Shown here in pieces: positions 1 to 11,082 of a stretch of 64,000 bases of DNA. The translations under genes and the position numbers were made by a program. The notes beneath the pieces are model-generated. The model was not told the DNA's origin. It made no database searches and saw only the letters and a program-made list of their open reading frames with translations. Source of the DNA: an uncultured Actinomycetes bacterium (lineage in GTDB: Bacteria > Actinomycetota > Thermoleophilia > RBG-16-64-13); NCBI GenBank assembly GCA_963841735.1, contig CAWJDT010000001.1, positions 96,001 to 160,000 of the forward strand, written 5' to 3'. Each line of letters opens with the position of its first letter. The first letter of the stretch is position 1.

Positions 1-654
1 GGTTCGCTGAAGACCGAGTGAAAGACACCCCCGACTTGGGTCCACCCCCTTGGGATCAGATCGGCGGTAAGGGCCTGCAGACTCAGACTGGCAAGATCGA
101 GTTCGTCGCCAACAGCCTGAAACGTTTCTACGAGACCGACGGGCGTCGACCCCGAGCGGCCGGCCATGGGCCCGCAGTATCTCGAGAGCTGGGAAGGCCA
201 TCACACAACGGAGCTCTTCGAGAAGTACCCCCTGGCGATGGTCTCACCGCATCCTCGCTTCACCTTCCACACGGTGGGCGACTCGAAGGACTGCTGGAGC
301 AACGACATCAAGGACCACCGGGTCCTGGTTGACGGCCACTACTACTGGATCATGCGGCTCAACTCCCAGGACGCCGCCGCCCGGGGCATCGCCGACGGAG
401 ATCTCGTCCGAGCGTTCAACGACCGGGCCGAGGTGATCCTGGCCGCCCAGATCACGGAGAGGTTGCCGCCGGGTACCGTGCATTCTTACGAGTCGTGCAG
501 CGACTACCTGCCGCTGGGTGAGCCGGGCCACTCGGCCGACACAGCCGGCTGCATCAACATGCTCACCTCCAAGCGGTTCATCACACCGACCTCCTCCGGT
601 CAGGCGCCGAACTCCTGCCTGGTGGAAGTCGAAAGATGGTTGGGCGGCAAGTAG
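1..654 (+). CDS. C-terminal part of pyrogallol transhydroxylase-family molybdopterin enzyme, large subunit (AthL-like paralog 1; 5' truncated, indel near 140-165)
   Basis: KDTPDLGP..GLQTQTGKIEF then SPHPRFTFHT, DHRVLVDGHYYWIMRLN, PGTVHSYESC, GCINMLT, NSCLVEVERW: molybdopterin-dinucleotide binding domain of the transhydroxylase type. Confidence 0.85.
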
Positions 655-670
655 CCGCCGAAGGCCGATC

Positions 671-1570
671 CTAGAGAGCTCTTAGGTCCTCGGGCCGGAT
701 GGGGGCCAGGTCATCCTTGGCGAGAAGATCGTCCAAAGTGGCCAGCACAGCCGGCTTGTCATCGGGCAGAGTACCGCCCAAATCCAAATAGTTGGAGGCG
801 TGGTTGGTGCGGAACAAGGCGTGGGTCACGTTGGTCTCGGCGATCATGCACCGGAACTCACGCAGCAGGCCGCGGGCGTCAGGCACCACCAGTTGCTCCC
901 GGCGTACAGCCTCCTCGGCCCGAGTCCCCGGCTCGATCATCAACGACAGGATGCCGATGTACTGCGGATCGATTGTGGTCAAAGCCCGGCCGGTGGCGAG
1001 AGCGTGCTCCGCCGACCGAGCCACTCCGCCTAGTCCCAGGATCGCGGTCACCGACAGGGCCATCCCCGCCTCTTTGGCCCGCAAGAACGACCGCACCATC
1101 TGGCCCGACGAGAGGCCCTTGCCGCTCTGCACCAGAGTGGTGTCATCCCCGGATTCCAGCCCCACATACAGCAACTCCAAACCGTGCTCCCGGAGCTCCC
1201 GGAGTTCATCCATGGTATAGCGCTGCAGCGAGTGCGCGTTGGCGTAGCCGCTGACTCGGGCCAGGCCAGGCAGTTCGGTTCGTAGGACGCCCAGTATCTC
1301 CACCATCCTCGAAACCGGCAGCGCAAGCACATCGCCGTCGCAGAGGAAGACCCGGTTCACATGCTGTTTGAGACCTTCCTCGATGTTCTGGATGTCCTCT
1401 TTGACGGCGTCCACCGAACGAAGGCGGAAGGACTTGCCCAGGTACGACCCGCAGAACGCGCACTTGCCGTGCGAACACCCATACATCACCTGAAGAATCA
1501 GGCTGTCGGCCTCACTTGGCGGCCGGATGACGTTACCGTGATAGCGGGGATAGGGACGAAGGCCTATCAT
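671..1570 (-). CDS. Radical SAM protein, function unknown
   Basis: CSHGKCAFC CxxxCxxC motif, RPPSEA N-terminus, VGLESG; ATG at 1570 chosen over the longer ORF start. Confidence 0.85.
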   Translation of the reverse strand: MIGLRPYPRYHGNVIRPPSEADSLILQVMYGCSHGKCAFCGSYLGKSFRLRSVDAVKEDIQNIEEGLKQHVNRVFLCDGDVLALPVSRMVEILGVLRTELPGLARVSGYANAHSLQRYTMDELRELREHGLELLYVGLESGDDTTLVQSGKGLSSGQMVRSFLRAKEAGMALSVTAILGLGGVARSAEHALATGRALTTIDPQYIGILSLMIEPGTRAEEAVRREQLVVPDARGLLREFRCMIAETNVTHALFRTNHASNYLDLGGTLPDDKPAVLATLDDLLAKDDLAPIRPEDLRAL

Positions 1571-1805
1571 GGCCGCACCCCAGTGGTCGCATTGAGTGCT
1601 CGAACGTTCAGTTATGCCTCCCACGATGGCGGTTCCACGATTTCCCAGCTCTCAAAGCCGGTATGGGCCGGCAAGATGACATCGGCAGAAGCAGCCCCAC
1701 CCTCAAGCCACGCGGACCAATCTACTGCATGCTCCTACAGAGGTGTCCGGCACGGACGGGCAGCCAGGTGCTCGACGAAAGGGGCCCTATAATCCAACAC
1801 TTACC

Positions 1806-2717
1806 CTACTGTTCACCTTTACTGTTGCGACTGAACCCCGGTCCTAGAGCCGCTTCCCGCTCATCTGGCTGTTCTCTCTCCCCGGTGCCATCCCCGACCG
1901 GTGCCCCGAGAGGATACTTGACGTCCCACAGAAACAGCCCCTTGGCAGGCGCGGTGATACCGGCCGTTTCGCGCGACGCTCCGTCCAACAGCAGGCCCAG
2001 ACCCTCCAGCTCGCGCGTCCCCTCCCCAATCTCTACCATGGTTCCCACCAACGTGCGGACCATGTGTCGCAAGAAGGAATCCGCCTCAACCTCCAAGCAC
2101 AGCAGACTCCCTCCGTCCGTGCTCCCGCCGGCCAACCCTCCCGGGAGGCCTCCGTTGACCATGCGCCAGCGGCAGCGCAACACCAGTCGCCTGAAGTGCA
2201 AGTGCTCGGTCTCGACAGGAGTGAAGGCCGTGAAGTCATGCAGCCCCTCAACCGCGGCCGCAGCGGCCGCGAGGGCTTCCAGGTCAAGCCTGCGTGGCGT
2301 CTGCCAGCAATAGCGAGACCAAAAGGGAGGAGCCACACTCCCCAACCAAAGGAAATATCTGTAACAACGGCTGGTAGCGTTCCTGCGGGCGTCGAACCCC
2401 TCTGAAGCCCGCCCCATGAGAGTAACCGCGATCCCGGACGGAGTGAGAGCGTTCAGCGAAGCCATGAGCCCGGCCGGGTCGGTCTTCGCAGGTAGCACCA
2501 GACTCACTATCTGCCGCCGGGCATGCACCCCCGCATCTGTCCGGCCGGCCACCCGCAGTCTGGGTACGAACCCAAGAACAGTCTGCAGCGCAGTTTCCAG
2601 ACAGCCCTCCACCGTGGACAACCCTTGCTGCTTGGCCCAACCGTGTAGACCCGTGCCGTCGTACTGCAACTCCATGCGGTGGTTGCGCTCCAGCTCGCCC
2701 TCCGTCCTTGCGCCCAC
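1806..2717 (-). CDS. truA: tRNA pseudouridine(38-40) synthase
   Basis: YDGTGLHGW, AGRTDAGVHA, HDFTAF, FLRHMVR, TAPAKGLFL; position after rplQ. Confidence 0.95.
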   Translation of the reverse strand: MGARTEGELERNHRMELQYDGTGLHGWAKQQGLSTVEGCLETALQTVLGFVPRLRVAGRTDAGVHARRQIVSLVLPAKTDPAGLMASLNALTPSGIAVTLMGRASEGFDARRNATSRCYRYFLWLGSVAPPFWSRYCWQTPRRLDLEALAAAAAAVEGLHDFTAFTPVETEHLHFRRLVLRCRWRMVNGGLPGGLAGGSTDGGSLLCLEVEADSFLRHMVRTLVGTMVEIGEGTRELEGLGLLLDGASRETAGITAPAKGLFLWDVKYPLGAPVGDGTGEREQPDEREAALGPGFSRNSKGEQ

Positions 2718-2769
2718 CGGTCTTTGCCCGACCGACGAGCCACCTTGCCTCAGAAAGCTTTCCGCCCCC

Positions 2770-2808
2770 TAAGAAGACAAATGCCGGGACCCTGCTGGGC
2801 CCGGCATT
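2770..2808 (-). terminator. Probable intrinsic terminator after rplQ
   Basis: AATGCCGGG...CCCGGCATT stem followed by TGTCTTCTT on minus strand. Confidence 0.55.
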
Positions 2809-2847
2809 CGAGTCGTTTCAGAAACTATCCAAACCACCGAGTTTGAG

Positions 2848-3198
2848 CTATACCAGCTCCAAGTAGACCATCTCCGCCGCGTCGCCCTGGCGTTGGCCCA
2901 AATGGATGATACGAAGGTATCCACCCGGACGGTCGGCATACCTCGGCGCGATCTCGTTGAAGAGCTTGTAGGTGATCTGCTTGTTGCGCAGCTGGCTGAT
3001 AGCCGTCCGCCGCGAGTTCAGATCTCCGGCCTTGCCCATGGTGATTATCTTCTCCACCAAGGGCTTCACTTCTTTAGCTCGTGCCTCTGTGGTCTTGATG
3101 CGCTCATGCTCGAGCACAGAGCAGGCAAGATTCGCCAGCATCTGCCGGCGATGATCCGGCTGCATACCGAATCGTCTTCCTTTTCTCTGGTGCCTCAC
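2848..3198 (-). CDS. rplQ: 50S ribosomal protein L17
   Basis: MRHQRKGRRFG, IKTTEARAKE, RPGGYLRI, RQGDAAEM. Confidence 0.98.
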   Translation of the reverse strand: MRHQRKGRRFGMQPDHRRQMLANLACSVLEHERIKTTEARAKEVKPLVEKIITMGKAGDLNSRRTAISQLRNKQITYKLFNEIAPRYADRPGGYLRIIHLGQRQGDAAEMVYLELV

Positions 3199-3199
3199 G

Positions 3200-4135
3200 C
3201 TACTCTCCTCTAAGCTTCAGGTTGTTCTTCTCGAGGCGCTCGCGCACCTCGTCCAGGCTCTTGCGCCCAAAATTGGGTATACACATGAGGTCCTGTTCCG
3301 ACCGTGCAAGTAAGTCTCCCACCGTCTCCACGCCTTCACGCTTCAGGCAGTTGAGCGAGCGCACCCCAAGGTCGAGGTCGTCGATGAGCATGCTGTCCTC
3401 AGGCGCAGACATGTCGGCGGTCGGAGTCACCTCTTCAACGCCCGACTCCTCGGCATCACCCAGGAAGATGGCCGTCAGATCGTCCCGCAACATCGCCGCG
3501 GCCAACTCGACGGCGCTCTCAGGATCCAAAGCGCCGTTGGTCTCCACCTCAAGCGTTAGCTTGTCGAAGTCCGTGCGCTGGCCAACACGCGCCGACTGAA
3601 CGCTGTAGGCCACCCGCCTGACCGGCGAGAAGATAGAATCGATGGGGATGACGCCCAGGGCCATGCCTGGACGCTTGTTGTCGTCGGCGGGAACATATCC
3701 CCGGCCCCTGCGAACCGTGAGACGCATCTCCAGACGACCGGCATCCTCGATGGAACCGATGTATGCCTCAGGATTCATGACTTCCACGGTGGCCGGCAGT
3801 TCGATGTCGCCTGCTAGGACCTCACCGGGGCCGTCTTTGACCAACATGACCTCGTGCTCATCGGCCTCGCCGTGCAGCACAAAAACAAGCTTCTTGAGGT
3901 TCAGTATGATGTCGGTCACGTCTTCCTTGACGTGCGGCACAGTCGAGAACTCGTGCTCGACGCCCGAGATCCTGACCGCCGAGATCGCGGCTCCCTCTAG
4001 TGAAGACAGGAGCACCCTCCGCAGCGAGTTGCCGAAGGTGTAGCCGAAACCACGGGAGAGAGGCTCGACATAGAAGCGGCCCAGGTTCTCCCCGACCGGC
4101 TCATAAGTGCTATGCGGGGTGGCAAAGTCTAGCAA
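3200..4135 (-). CDS. rpoA: RNA polymerase alpha subunit
   Basis: EPLSRGFGYTFGNSLRRVLLSS, HEFSTVPHVKEDV, alpha-CTD VRSLNCLKR/NFGRKS. Confidence 0.98.
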   Translation of the reverse strand: MLDFATPHSTYEPVGENLGRFYVEPLSRGFGYTFGNSLRRVLLSSLEGAAISAVRISGVEHEFSTVPHVKEDVTDIILNLKKLVFVLHGEADEHEVMLVKDGPGEVLAGDIELPATVEVMNPEAYIGSIEDAGRLEMRLTVRRGRGYVPADDNKRPGMALGVIPIDSIFSPVRRVAYSVQSARVGQRTDFDKLTLEVETNGALDPESAVELAAAMLRDDLTAIFLGDAEESGVEEVTPTADMSAPEDSMLIDDLDLGVRSLNCLKREGVETVGDLLARSEQDLMCIPNFGRKSLDEVRERLEKNNLKLRGE

Positions 4136-4152
4136 GCGGCCCTCCTAATGGA

Positions 4153-4779
4153 CTACTTAGAGTACAGCTCGACGATGAGCGACTCTTGAATGGGGATATC
4201 GATGTCGGATCGCTCCGGCAGGCGAAGCACCTTGCCCACCAGGTTGTCGTGATCGGCCTGCAACCAAGCCGGCACCGAAGCGGTCAGATCGGTGGCGTCC
4301 TGAACGACCGCCTTCAAACCTTCACTGCCCAAGACCGCCATGATCACTTCTTCTGGCTTCACCCGATACGAAGGGATGTTGACCCGCCGTCCGTTAACCT
4401 GGAAATGACCGTGGCGCACCAGTTGCCTGGCCTGCCGCCGGGAAGCGCCAAAGCCCAACCTGTACACCACGTTGTCTAGACGCAGTTCGAGCAGCTTCAG
4501 CAGGTTCTCACCGGTCATACCTGGTTGGCGCGCCGCCGCTGTGTAGTAGTTGCGGAACTGCTTCTCAAGCACCCCGTAATAGCGGCGCGCTTTCTGCTTC
4601 TCGCGCAGCTGGTTCAGGTACTCTGACTGCTTGCGCCTGCGACCGCGGCCATGGTCCCCCGGGGGATATGCCCTACGATCGACACCGCACTTGTCGGTGA
4701 GGCACCGTTCGCCTTTGAGGAGGAGCTTCTCGCCCTCCCGCCGGCACTGCTTGCACTGAGGAGATGTGTCTCTAGCCAT
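4153..4779 (-). CDS. rpsD: 30S ribosomal protein S4 (Cys/Zn type)
   Basis: [39 protein letters not shown]; start at ATG 4779. Confidence 0.97.
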   Translation of the reverse strand: MARDTSPQCKQCRREGEKLLLKGERCLTDKCGVDRRAYPPGDHGRGRRRKQSEYLNQLREKQKARRYYGVLEKQFRNYYTAAARQPGMTGENLLKLLELRLDNVVYRLGFGASRRQARQLVRHGHFQVNGRRVNIPSYRVKPEEVIMAVLGSEGLKAVVQDATDLTASVPAWLQADHDNLVGKVLRLPERSDIDIPIQESLIVELYSK

Positions 4780-4789
4780 AACCGCCGCC

Positions 4790-5197
4790 TCAGACCCTGC
4801 GCCGCTTCTTGGGGCGGCAACCGTTGTGAGGTATGGGAGTGACGTCCTTGACGCTGGTAACGTCAATACCGGTAGCCTGCAAGGAGCGGATAGCGGTCTC
4901 ACGTCCGCTGCCCGGCCCTTTGACAAAGCAGTCCACCTTCTGCAGTCCATGCTCCATTCCGGCCCTAGCAGCTCTCTCGGCCGTAACCTGCGCTGCAAAT
5001 GGCGTGGACTTGCGCGAGCCTTTGAAACCCGCAGAACCGGCGCTTGCCCATGCTATGACGTTGCCTTCTTTGTCGGTCAACGTCACGAGGGTGTTGTTGA
5101 ACGATGTCTTGATGTAGGCGTTGCCTACCGCGATGCTCTTGCGCACCTTGCGGCGCCGCCCGCGCGGACCGGTGGTAGTGCGTTTCGGTTTCGGCAT
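4790..5197 (-). CDS. rpsK: 30S ribosomal protein S11
   Basis: [30 protein letters not shown]. Confidence 0.98.
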   Translation of the reverse strand: MPKPKRTTTGPRGRRRKVRKSIAVGNAYIKTSFNNTLVTLTDKEGNVIAWASAGSAGFKGSRKSTPFAAQVTAERAARAGMEHGLQKVDCFVKGPGSGRETAIRSLQATGIDVTSVKDVTPIPHNGCRPKKRRRV

Positions 5198-5245
5198 ATC
5201 TTCTTAGCTCCGTCCCTAGATATCCCTGCGAGGCTTGCCCGCAGG

Positions 5246-5623
5246 CTAGACCCGCACCTTCTTCTTGACGCCCACGGTCGGCTTGTGCCCTTTGCGCACC
5301 CGGGCGTTGGTCTTGGTGCGCTGGCCGCGAACCGGCATACCACGGCGGTGCCGTATGCCCCGGTAGCAGCCGATTTCCATAAGCCGCTTGATGTTCTGGC
5401 TGCGCTCACGCCGCAGATCACCCTCGACCGTCACGTTGTCTTCAATGTAACTGCGCAGCCTGACCTCTTCGTCCTCGGTGAGATCCTTGACGTGCGTGTT
5501 TGGGTCGATCTTCACAGCTGCGAGGATCTTGTTGGATACCGACCGGCCGATTCCGAACACATACGTCAGACCGATCTCGATCCTTTTCTCCCTGGGGAGT
5601 GTGACACCAGCGATACGAGCCAT
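5246..5623 (-). CDS. rpsM: 30S ribosomal protein S13
   Basis: [29 protein letters not shown]. Confidence 0.98.
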   Translation of the reverse strand: MARIAGVTLPREKRIEIGLTYVFGIGRSVSNKILAAVKIDPNTHVKDLTEDEEVRLRSYIEDNVTVEGDLRRERSQNIKRLMEIGCYRGIRHRRGMPVRGQRTKTNARVRKGHKPTVGVKKKVRV

Positions 5624-5636
5624 ATCCTACTCCTGC

Positions 5637-5750
5637 CTAGCCTTGCCGCTGCTTGTGGCGGGGGTTCTGGCAGATCACAAGGACCACGCCGCGCCGCCGT
5701 ACTATCATGCACTTCTCGCACATCGGTTTTACCGACGCTCTGACTTTCAT
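5637..5750 (-). CDS. rpmJ: 50S ribosomal protein L36 (not in ORF track)
   Basis: Manual translation [37 protein letters not shown]. Confidence 0.97.
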   Translation of the reverse strand: MKVRASVKPMCEKCMIVRRRGVVLVICQNPRHKQRQG

Positions 5751-5764
5751 CTAACGCCCTTCCT

Positions 5765-5986
5765 CTACTTGAAGCGATACGTTATTCGGCCCCTACTAAG
5801 GTCGTAGGGCGACAACTCTACCTTGACTCTGTCTCCAGGCAAGATACGTATGTAATTCATCCGCATCTTGCCCGAGATATGCGCCAATATCTCCAGCTCA
5901 TTATCGAGCCGAACTCGGAACATCGTGTTGGGCAAGGCTTCAGCCACCTCACCCTCGAGCTCTATCGCTTCTTCTTTAGGAGACAC
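5765..5986 (-). CDS. infA: Translation initiation factor IF-1
   Basis: [38 protein letters not shown]; GTG start inferred. Confidence 0.97.
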   Translation of the reverse strand: MSPKEEAIELEGEVAEALPNTMFRVRLDNELEILAHISGKMRMNYIRILPGDRVKVELSPYDLSRGRITYRFK

Positions 5987-6103
5987 AGCACGCCACCCTG
6001 CTTGCTCTTGCACTTGTTTCGCGACAAAGTCGAGACCGCCGAATCCGCATTAGACGGCCGTCTATCTTACCACAAGGCTTCATCACACCCTGATGATGAC
6101 GCG

Positions 6104-6883
6104 TCATTCGCCAGCACCTCTCTGGGCTCCCGCTACTTTAGCCGCGGTAAGGACCCGGGGCCCGTTCTTGGTGATCGCCACCGTGTGCTCAAAATGGGCC
6201 GACAGGCTCCCATCCTTGGTGTAGATGGCCCAAGAGTCGTCACCGAGCTCCACGTCGAAACCGCCTATGTTGACCATCGGCTCTATCGCCAGCACCATGC
6301 CCTCACGCAGCTCTGGTCCCTTACCGGGCGGGCCGAAGTTGGGCACTTGCGGGTCCTCGTGCATCTCGCGCCCCACCCCGTGGCCAACCATGCTCTCCAC
6401 CACCGAGAACCCGTAGGTCTCGGCGTGAGTCTGCACTGCGTGCGAGATGTCACCCACCCGGTTACCGATCTGGCACTGAGCAATGCCCCGCCAGAGCGAC
6501 TCCTCGGTGGCTCGCAGCAGTTCACCCGCCTTCTTTGAGATCGCCCCCACCGGGAAGGTAGCCGCCGCGTCGGCGATGTAGTTGTCCACGGTCACGCCCA
6601 CATCGACGCCCAAGATGTCGCCTTCAACCAGGCGCACCTTCCCTGGGATCCCGTGCACCACCATCGCGTTCGGCGACGCGCAGATGGATGCCGGAAAACC
6701 CCTGTATCCCTTGAACGTGGGGATGCCGCCCCTAGACCGTATAAACTCTTCCGCCAACCGATCCAACTCTCTTGTCGTCACTCCCGGCGCAACTTCGCGC
6801 CCCATCAGCTCCAGACACTCCCGGACAACCGCTCCCGCCCGGGCCATCTTCTCAATCTCCGCCTGCGATTTGATCTTGATCAC
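6104..6883 (-). CDS. map: Methionine aminopeptidase type I
   Basis: VHGIP, GHGVGREMHEDP, AIEPM, SAHFEHT. Confidence 0.97.
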   Translation of the reverse strand: MIKIKSQAEIEKMARAGAVVRECLELMGREVAPGVTTRELDRLAEEFIRSRGGIPTFKGYRGFPASICASPNAMVVHGIPGKVRLVEGDILGVDVGVTVDNYIADAAATFPVGAISKKAGELLRATEESLWRGIAQCQIGNRVGDISHAVQTHAETYGFSVVESMVGHGVGREMHEDPQVPNFGPPGKGPELREGMVLAIEPMVNIGGFDVELGDDSWAIYTKDGSLSAHFEHTVAITKNGPRVLTAAKVAGAQRGAGE

Positions 6884-6918
6884 AGTTGGCCTGTCTCTGC
6901 CTGCGCCTCTGCCATGCC

Positions 6919-7578
6919 TCAGGCAGCCGGGCCCAGGGCCTCGCGGATATCGCCGTACGTAGCCTCCGCCTCTTGGGCGCCGTCGATACGGACCACCAGA
7001 CCGGCCCGATCGTAATAGTCGATGAGCGGCTCCGTTTGGTTGCGGTAAACCTCAAGCCGGTTCCGCACCGTAGCCTCCGTGTCATCGTCGCGCTGGTAGA
7101 GTTCTCCGCCGCACTTGTCGCACACCCCTTCCGTCTTGGGCTGGGTGAACAACACATGGAACGGCGTCTGACACGATCGGCAAACTCGGCGCCCGGTGAG
7201 CCTCTTCAGCAACAGGTCCTCGTCCACCAGAAGCACGAGCACCTTGCTGACTGCGCGGCCAAGCCCGTCCAGCACTCCGTCAAGCGCCTCGGCTTGCGGG
7301 ATAGTGCGAGGAAACCCGTCCATCAAGAAGCCCTTGGCTGTGTCAGGCTCTTGCAGGCGATCCTTGACGATACCGATGACCACGCTGTCGGGCACCAGTT
7401 CGCCCGCATCCATGAACTTCTTGGCCTCCAGGCCCATCTGAGTCTGGTTCTTGACCGCCGACCGCAGGATGTCGCCCGTGGACACATGCGGAATACCGTA
7501 TTCGGCCACTATGCGACCAGCTTGGGTACCCTTGCCGGCACCCGGAGGTCCCAAGAGGATGAGATTGAACTGTGTCAC
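6919..7578 (-). CDS. adk: Adenylate kinase (Zn-lid type)
   Basis: GPPGAGKGTQ, DGFPRT, CRSC...CDKC lid; GTG start with AAAGGA RBS. Confidence 0.97.
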   Translation of the reverse strand: MTQFNLILLGPPGAGKGTQAGRIVAEYGIPHVSTGDILRSAVKNQTQMGLEAKKFMDAGELVPDSVVIGIVKDRLQEPDTAKGFLMDGFPRTIPQAEALDGVLDGLGRAVSKVLVLLVDEDLLLKRLTGRRVCRSCQTPFHVLFTQPKTEGVCDKCGGELYQRDDDTEATVRNRLEVYRNQTEPLIDYYDRAGLVVRIDGAQEAEATYGDIREALGPAA

Positions 7579-7607
7579 GCCAAGAATCCTTTCCATAAGA
7601 CCCGGGA

Positions 7608-8858
7608 TCACTTGAGAAAGCCCTCGTAGTGCCGCATTAGAAGCTGCGACTCCATCTGCTGCATGGTATCCAGAGCCACCCCAACCACAATCAAGATGGA
7701 AGTCCCTCCGAAGTAGAAGGGAACGCTCAGACCCTTGTACAGCGCCGTGGGTAGAAGAACGATGGCCGCCAAGAACAAAGCCCCCGGCAGGGTGATCCGC
7801 GTAAGCACCCGGTCGAGATAGGCCGCCGTCGGCCGTCCTGGGCGGATGCCGGGAACGAAACCGCCGTACTTCTTGAGGTTGTCGGCCTGGTCGATGGGAT
7901 TGAACTGCACCGCCGTGTAGAAGTACGTGAAGAGGATGATCAGAATGACCTCTGCCACGAGGTACCACCAGCTGTTGGGCCCGAATATCTCGGCCAGCTT
8001 CTTTGCCCAGCCCCAGGGAGCCATCTCCGCCAGCGTCACAGGAAACATCAGCACCGAGGAAGCGAAGATCACCGGGATGACCCCGGCCATGTTCACACGC
8101 AGGGGTAGGTAGGTACTTTGCCCCCCGTACACCTTTCGTCCGACCACCCTTTTGGCATATTGCACGGGAATCCGGCGTTGCCCTTGGGTCACCAGCACGA
8201 TGAACACCACCACCGCCACCGCTATGACGGCCATCAGCACCCAGATGCCCGGATTAAGAGTGAACAGCTTCCGCAGCCCACTGGGGAGCCGGGACACGAT
8301 GGAGGCGAAGATCATGAGCGAGATACCGTTGCCGATGCCCCGCTGCGTGATGAGTTCGCCCAGCCACATGACCATAACGGCGCCCACAGTCAGAGTCAGC
8401 GCCACTAGAACAAACTCTAGGCCGCCTACGCCTCCCTGGCCGAAAGCCCCGTACTTGCTGTCGAACAAGAAGACAAACCCGACAGCCTCGACGAGAGCGA
8501 GAGCTGCCGTAAAGTAACGAGTGTACTGATTGACCTTCTTCTGCCCGGCCGGCCCTTCCTTCATCAAGGCTTCCAGCCGCTTGCTAACCATCGTCAGCAG
8601 CTGCATGATGATCGACGCCGTGATGTAGGGCATGATGCCCATGGCGAAGATGGCCATCTGCTGCAGGGCCCCGCCAGAGAAGAGGTTGATGAAGTCCAGC
8701 ACCCCTCCGGTGCCGGTGAGATTCTTCACGGCATCCACATCGACACCAGGCACCGGGATGTAGCAGCCCAACCGATAAAGGCCGATGATCATCGCCGTGA
8801 AAAGCAGCTTCTTCCGAAGATCCGGGAGCTTCCAAGCGTTAAGCAGAGACTGCCACAT
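7608..8858 (-). CDS. secY: Preprotein translocase SecY
   Basis: GIMPYITASII, GIGNGISL, FVPGIRPG, GGTSILI; about 10 hydrophobic segments. Confidence 0.98.
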   Translation of the reverse strand: MWQSLLNAWKLPDLRKKLLFTAMIIGLYRLGCYIPVPGVDVDAVKNLTGTGGVLDFINLFSGGALQQMAIFAMGIMPYITASIIMQLLTMVSKRLEALMKEGPAGQKKVNQYTRYFTAALALVEAVGFVFLFDSKYGAFGQGGVGGLEFVLVALTLTVGAVMVMWLGELITQRGIGNGISLMIFASIVSRLPSGLRKLFTLNPGIWVLMAVIAVAVVVFIVLVTQGQRRIPVQYAKRVVGRKVYGGQSTYLPLRVNMAGVIPVIFASSVLMFPVTLAEMAPWGWAKKLAEIFGPNSWWYLVAEVILIILFTYFYTAVQFNPIDQADNLKKYGGFVPGIRPGRPTAAYLDRVLTRITLPGALFLAAIVLLPTALYKGLSVPFYFGGTSILIVVGVALDTMQQMESQLLMRHYEGFLK

Positions 8859-8900
8859 CAGCCTTTCTCCCCTATGGTCCGAAGGTCACGCATCTGCATA

Positions 8901-9377
8901 CTATCCGAGCACTTCGGCAGTTCCGCCGGCAGCCTGGATTTTCGCCAAAGCCGAGGCGCTGAAGCCGTGGGCCTTGATGGCAAGAGGCTGGGTCAACTCG
9001 CCCATGCCCAAGATCTTGACCCGTTCGTCCAGCTTCTTGATGATGCCCTTCTCCAACAGGGAGTCAGGTGACACTTCTTCGCCGGCAACGAACACATCCA
9101 ACCGAGAGAGGTTCACGGGTGTCATATAAGTACGGAAAGGGCCGATGGGCATGGAGGTCTTGGCCAGCGGGCCACGCAGCTTGGGCAACCTCATGTGCAG
9201 AGGCATCTGCCCACCCTCATACCGAGGCGAGATCTGACCGCCGGACCGTTGCTTGGAACCCTTGTGGCCCCTGCCGGACGTCTTGCCCACGCCCGAGCCT
9301 GCGCCGCGGCCAACACGCTTCTTGCTGTGCTTGGCCCCGGGATCGGGCCTCAAATTGTGCAGGAAGATTTCTCCCAT
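8901..9377 (-). CDS. rplO: 50S ribosomal protein L15
   Basis: [27 protein letters not shown]. Confidence 0.97.
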   Translation of the reverse strand: MGEIFLHNLRPDPGAKHSKKRVGRGAGSGVGKTSGRGHKGSKQRSGGQISPRYEGGQMPLHMRLPKLRGPLAKTSMPIGPFRTYMTPVNLSRLDVFVAGEEVSPDSLLEKGIIKKLDERVKILGMGELTQPLAIKAHGFSASALAKIQAAGGTAEVLG

Positions 9378-9379
9378 AG

Positions 9380-9571
9380 CTATACCTTGTCCTTGATATC
9401 GACCACGTCAACCTGAAGCATGTACCGGATTTTGAGCAACATGCCCCGAATAGCCGGACTGTCCTCGTGATAGACCGTTTGGTTCATACGAGTGATGCCG
9501 AGCGCATCGAGCGTGGCTTTATGGTCCTTCTTACGATTTATCCGGCTCTTGACCTGAGTGATTTTCAGCAT
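9380..9571 (-). CDS. rpmD: 50S ribosomal protein L30
   Basis: [25 protein letters not shown]; between rpsE and rplO. Confidence 0.95.
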   Translation of the reverse strand: MLKITQVKSRINRKKDHKATLDALGITRMNQTVYHEDSPAIRGMLLKIRYMLQVDVVDIKDKV

Positions 9572-9575
9572 AATG

Positions 9576-10154
9576 TCACTCTCCGGTGAGCACAGCCGCT
9601 GGGGCCGCCGACTCGGCGATTCCGGCCACGGCCACGGGGGCATCGACCACCCGCTTGCCCAGGATTTCATCAATCGTCTTGCCGCGCTGCCGAGCGATGT
9701 CCTCGGGCCGACGCAGCGCACGAAGCCCCTGCTCGGCTGCCCGCACCATGTTGATGGGGTTAGTGGTTCCCAAACACTTGGTGAGGACGTCTTTGACCCC
9801 ACCCAGCTCCAACAGCGCCCGCACTCCGCCGCCGGCGATAACGCCCGTACCGGGAGAGGCCGGCCGCAGCACTACGCGGCCTGCGCCAAAGTGGCCCAAG
9901 ACCTCGTGAGTGATGGTGTTGCGGTGCTTGGGAATAACGAAGAGGTTCTTGCGCGCGTCCTCGATAGCCTTCTGTATGGCCAGCGGAACCTCTTTGGCCT
10001 TGCCATAGCCTACGCCGACCGTACAGTCGCTGTCGCCGACCACCACCAGGGCGGTAAACGAAAACCGCCGGCCGCCTTTGACCACTTTTGCGACGCGGTT
10101 TATGTGGATAACGCTCTCCTGAAGGTTGAGCGAATCTGCCTTGATCTGTGCCAA
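9576..10154 (-). CDS. rpsE: 30S ribosomal protein S5
   Basis: [33 protein letters not shown]. Confidence 0.98.
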   Translation of the reverse strand: MAQIKADSLNLQESVIHINRVAKVVKGGRRFSFTALVVVGDSDCTVGVGYGKAKEVPLAIQKAIEDARKNLFVIPKHRNTITHEVLGHFGAGRVVLRPASPGTGVIAGGGVRALLELGGVKDVLTKCLGTTNPINMVRAAEQGLRALRRPEDIARQRGKTIDEILGKRVVDAPVAVAGIAESAAPAAVLTGE

Positions 10155-10171
10155 AGTGCTACCCCTCTCCC

Positions 10172-10528
10172 TCAGAAATCCAGGCCGCCCTGGCGGGCAC
10201 CGTCCGCCAGAGCCTTGACACGACCGTGATACAAATACGGTCCCCTGTCAAATACCACTTTATCGATACCCGCGGCCTTGGCCTGTTGGGCCAAAAGCTC
10301 GCCTACCTTGCTTGCTTGATCCTTCTTGGGCAGACCCTTCTCGGTCACCTGCACGCTGCTCGCGCTGGCCAGAGTGTGCCCCTTGCTGTCGTCGATCACC
10401 TGCGCCCAGATGGCCCGATTGGACCGAAATACCGAAAGACGGGGGCGTTCGGCCGTGCCGCGCACCTTGCTGCGGACACGCACGGCCCGCCTTGCCCGCG
10501 TCGAGTTAGCTGTACCTTGTGTGCTCAT
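10172..10528 (-). CDS. rplR: 50S ribosomal protein L18
   Basis: [31 protein letters not shown]. Confidence 0.97.
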   Translation of the reverse strand: MSTQGTANSTRARRAVRVRSKVRGTAERPRLSVFRSNRAIWAQVIDDSKGHTLASASSVQVTEKGLPKKDQASKVGELLAQQAKAAGIDKVVFDRGPYLYHGRVKALADGARQGGLDF

Positions 10529-10544
10529 TTCGATCCTCTTCCCA

Positions 10545-11078
10545 CTACGCCCGCTTGCCGACTTTGCGCCGCACCACTTCGCCTTCGTAGCGAATGCCCT
10601 TGCCCTTGTAGGGCTCGGGTTTCCGTATGGAGCGGATCTCGGCAGCCACTTGACCGACGCGTTGCTTGTCGATGCCCCTAACCACGATCTGAGTGGGAAC
10701 AGGCACGTCGAACTCGATGTTCTCCGTCGGCTCCACAACCACCGGGTGAGAGTAGCCGACAAGGATCTCCAGGTCGACTCCCTTCTTGGATGCCCTATAG
10801 CCCACGCCCTGTATCTCCAGCTTCTTCTGGAAGCCAGCGGTCACCCCGGTGACCATATTGGAGAGCAGCGTGCGGGTAAGCCCGTGCAGGGACCGGTTAG
10901 GACCCGAGTCGTTGGGCCGGGTGACTGTCATTACGCCGTTGTCCAACGCCACGCTCATGTTCGGGTGAACGTCAAGCGACAACTGGCCTTTGGGGCCCTG
11001 GACGGCCACATTGTTACCGGCGATCGTGACGTCCACGCCGGTCGGGATATCTATTGGTGCTCTTCCTATTCGCGACAT
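10545..11078 (-). CDS. rplF: 50S ribosomal protein L6
   Basis: [25 protein letters not shown]. Confidence 0.98.
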   Translation of the reverse strand: MSRIGRAPIDIPTGVDVTIAGNNVAVQGPKGQLSLDVHPNMSVALDNGVMTVTRPNDSGPNRSLHGLTRTLLSNMVTGVTAGFQKKLEIQGVGYRASKKGVDLEILVGYSHPVVVEPTENIEFDVPVPTQIVVRGIDKQRVGQVAAEIRSIRKPEPYKGKGIRYEGEVVRRKVGKRA

Positions 11079-11082
11079 AGCA

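Noticed and set aside
2100-2165. Gly-rich insertion in TruA as an intein or mobile insert
   Set aside because: Short, low-complexity loop with no splicing motifs or terminal repeats
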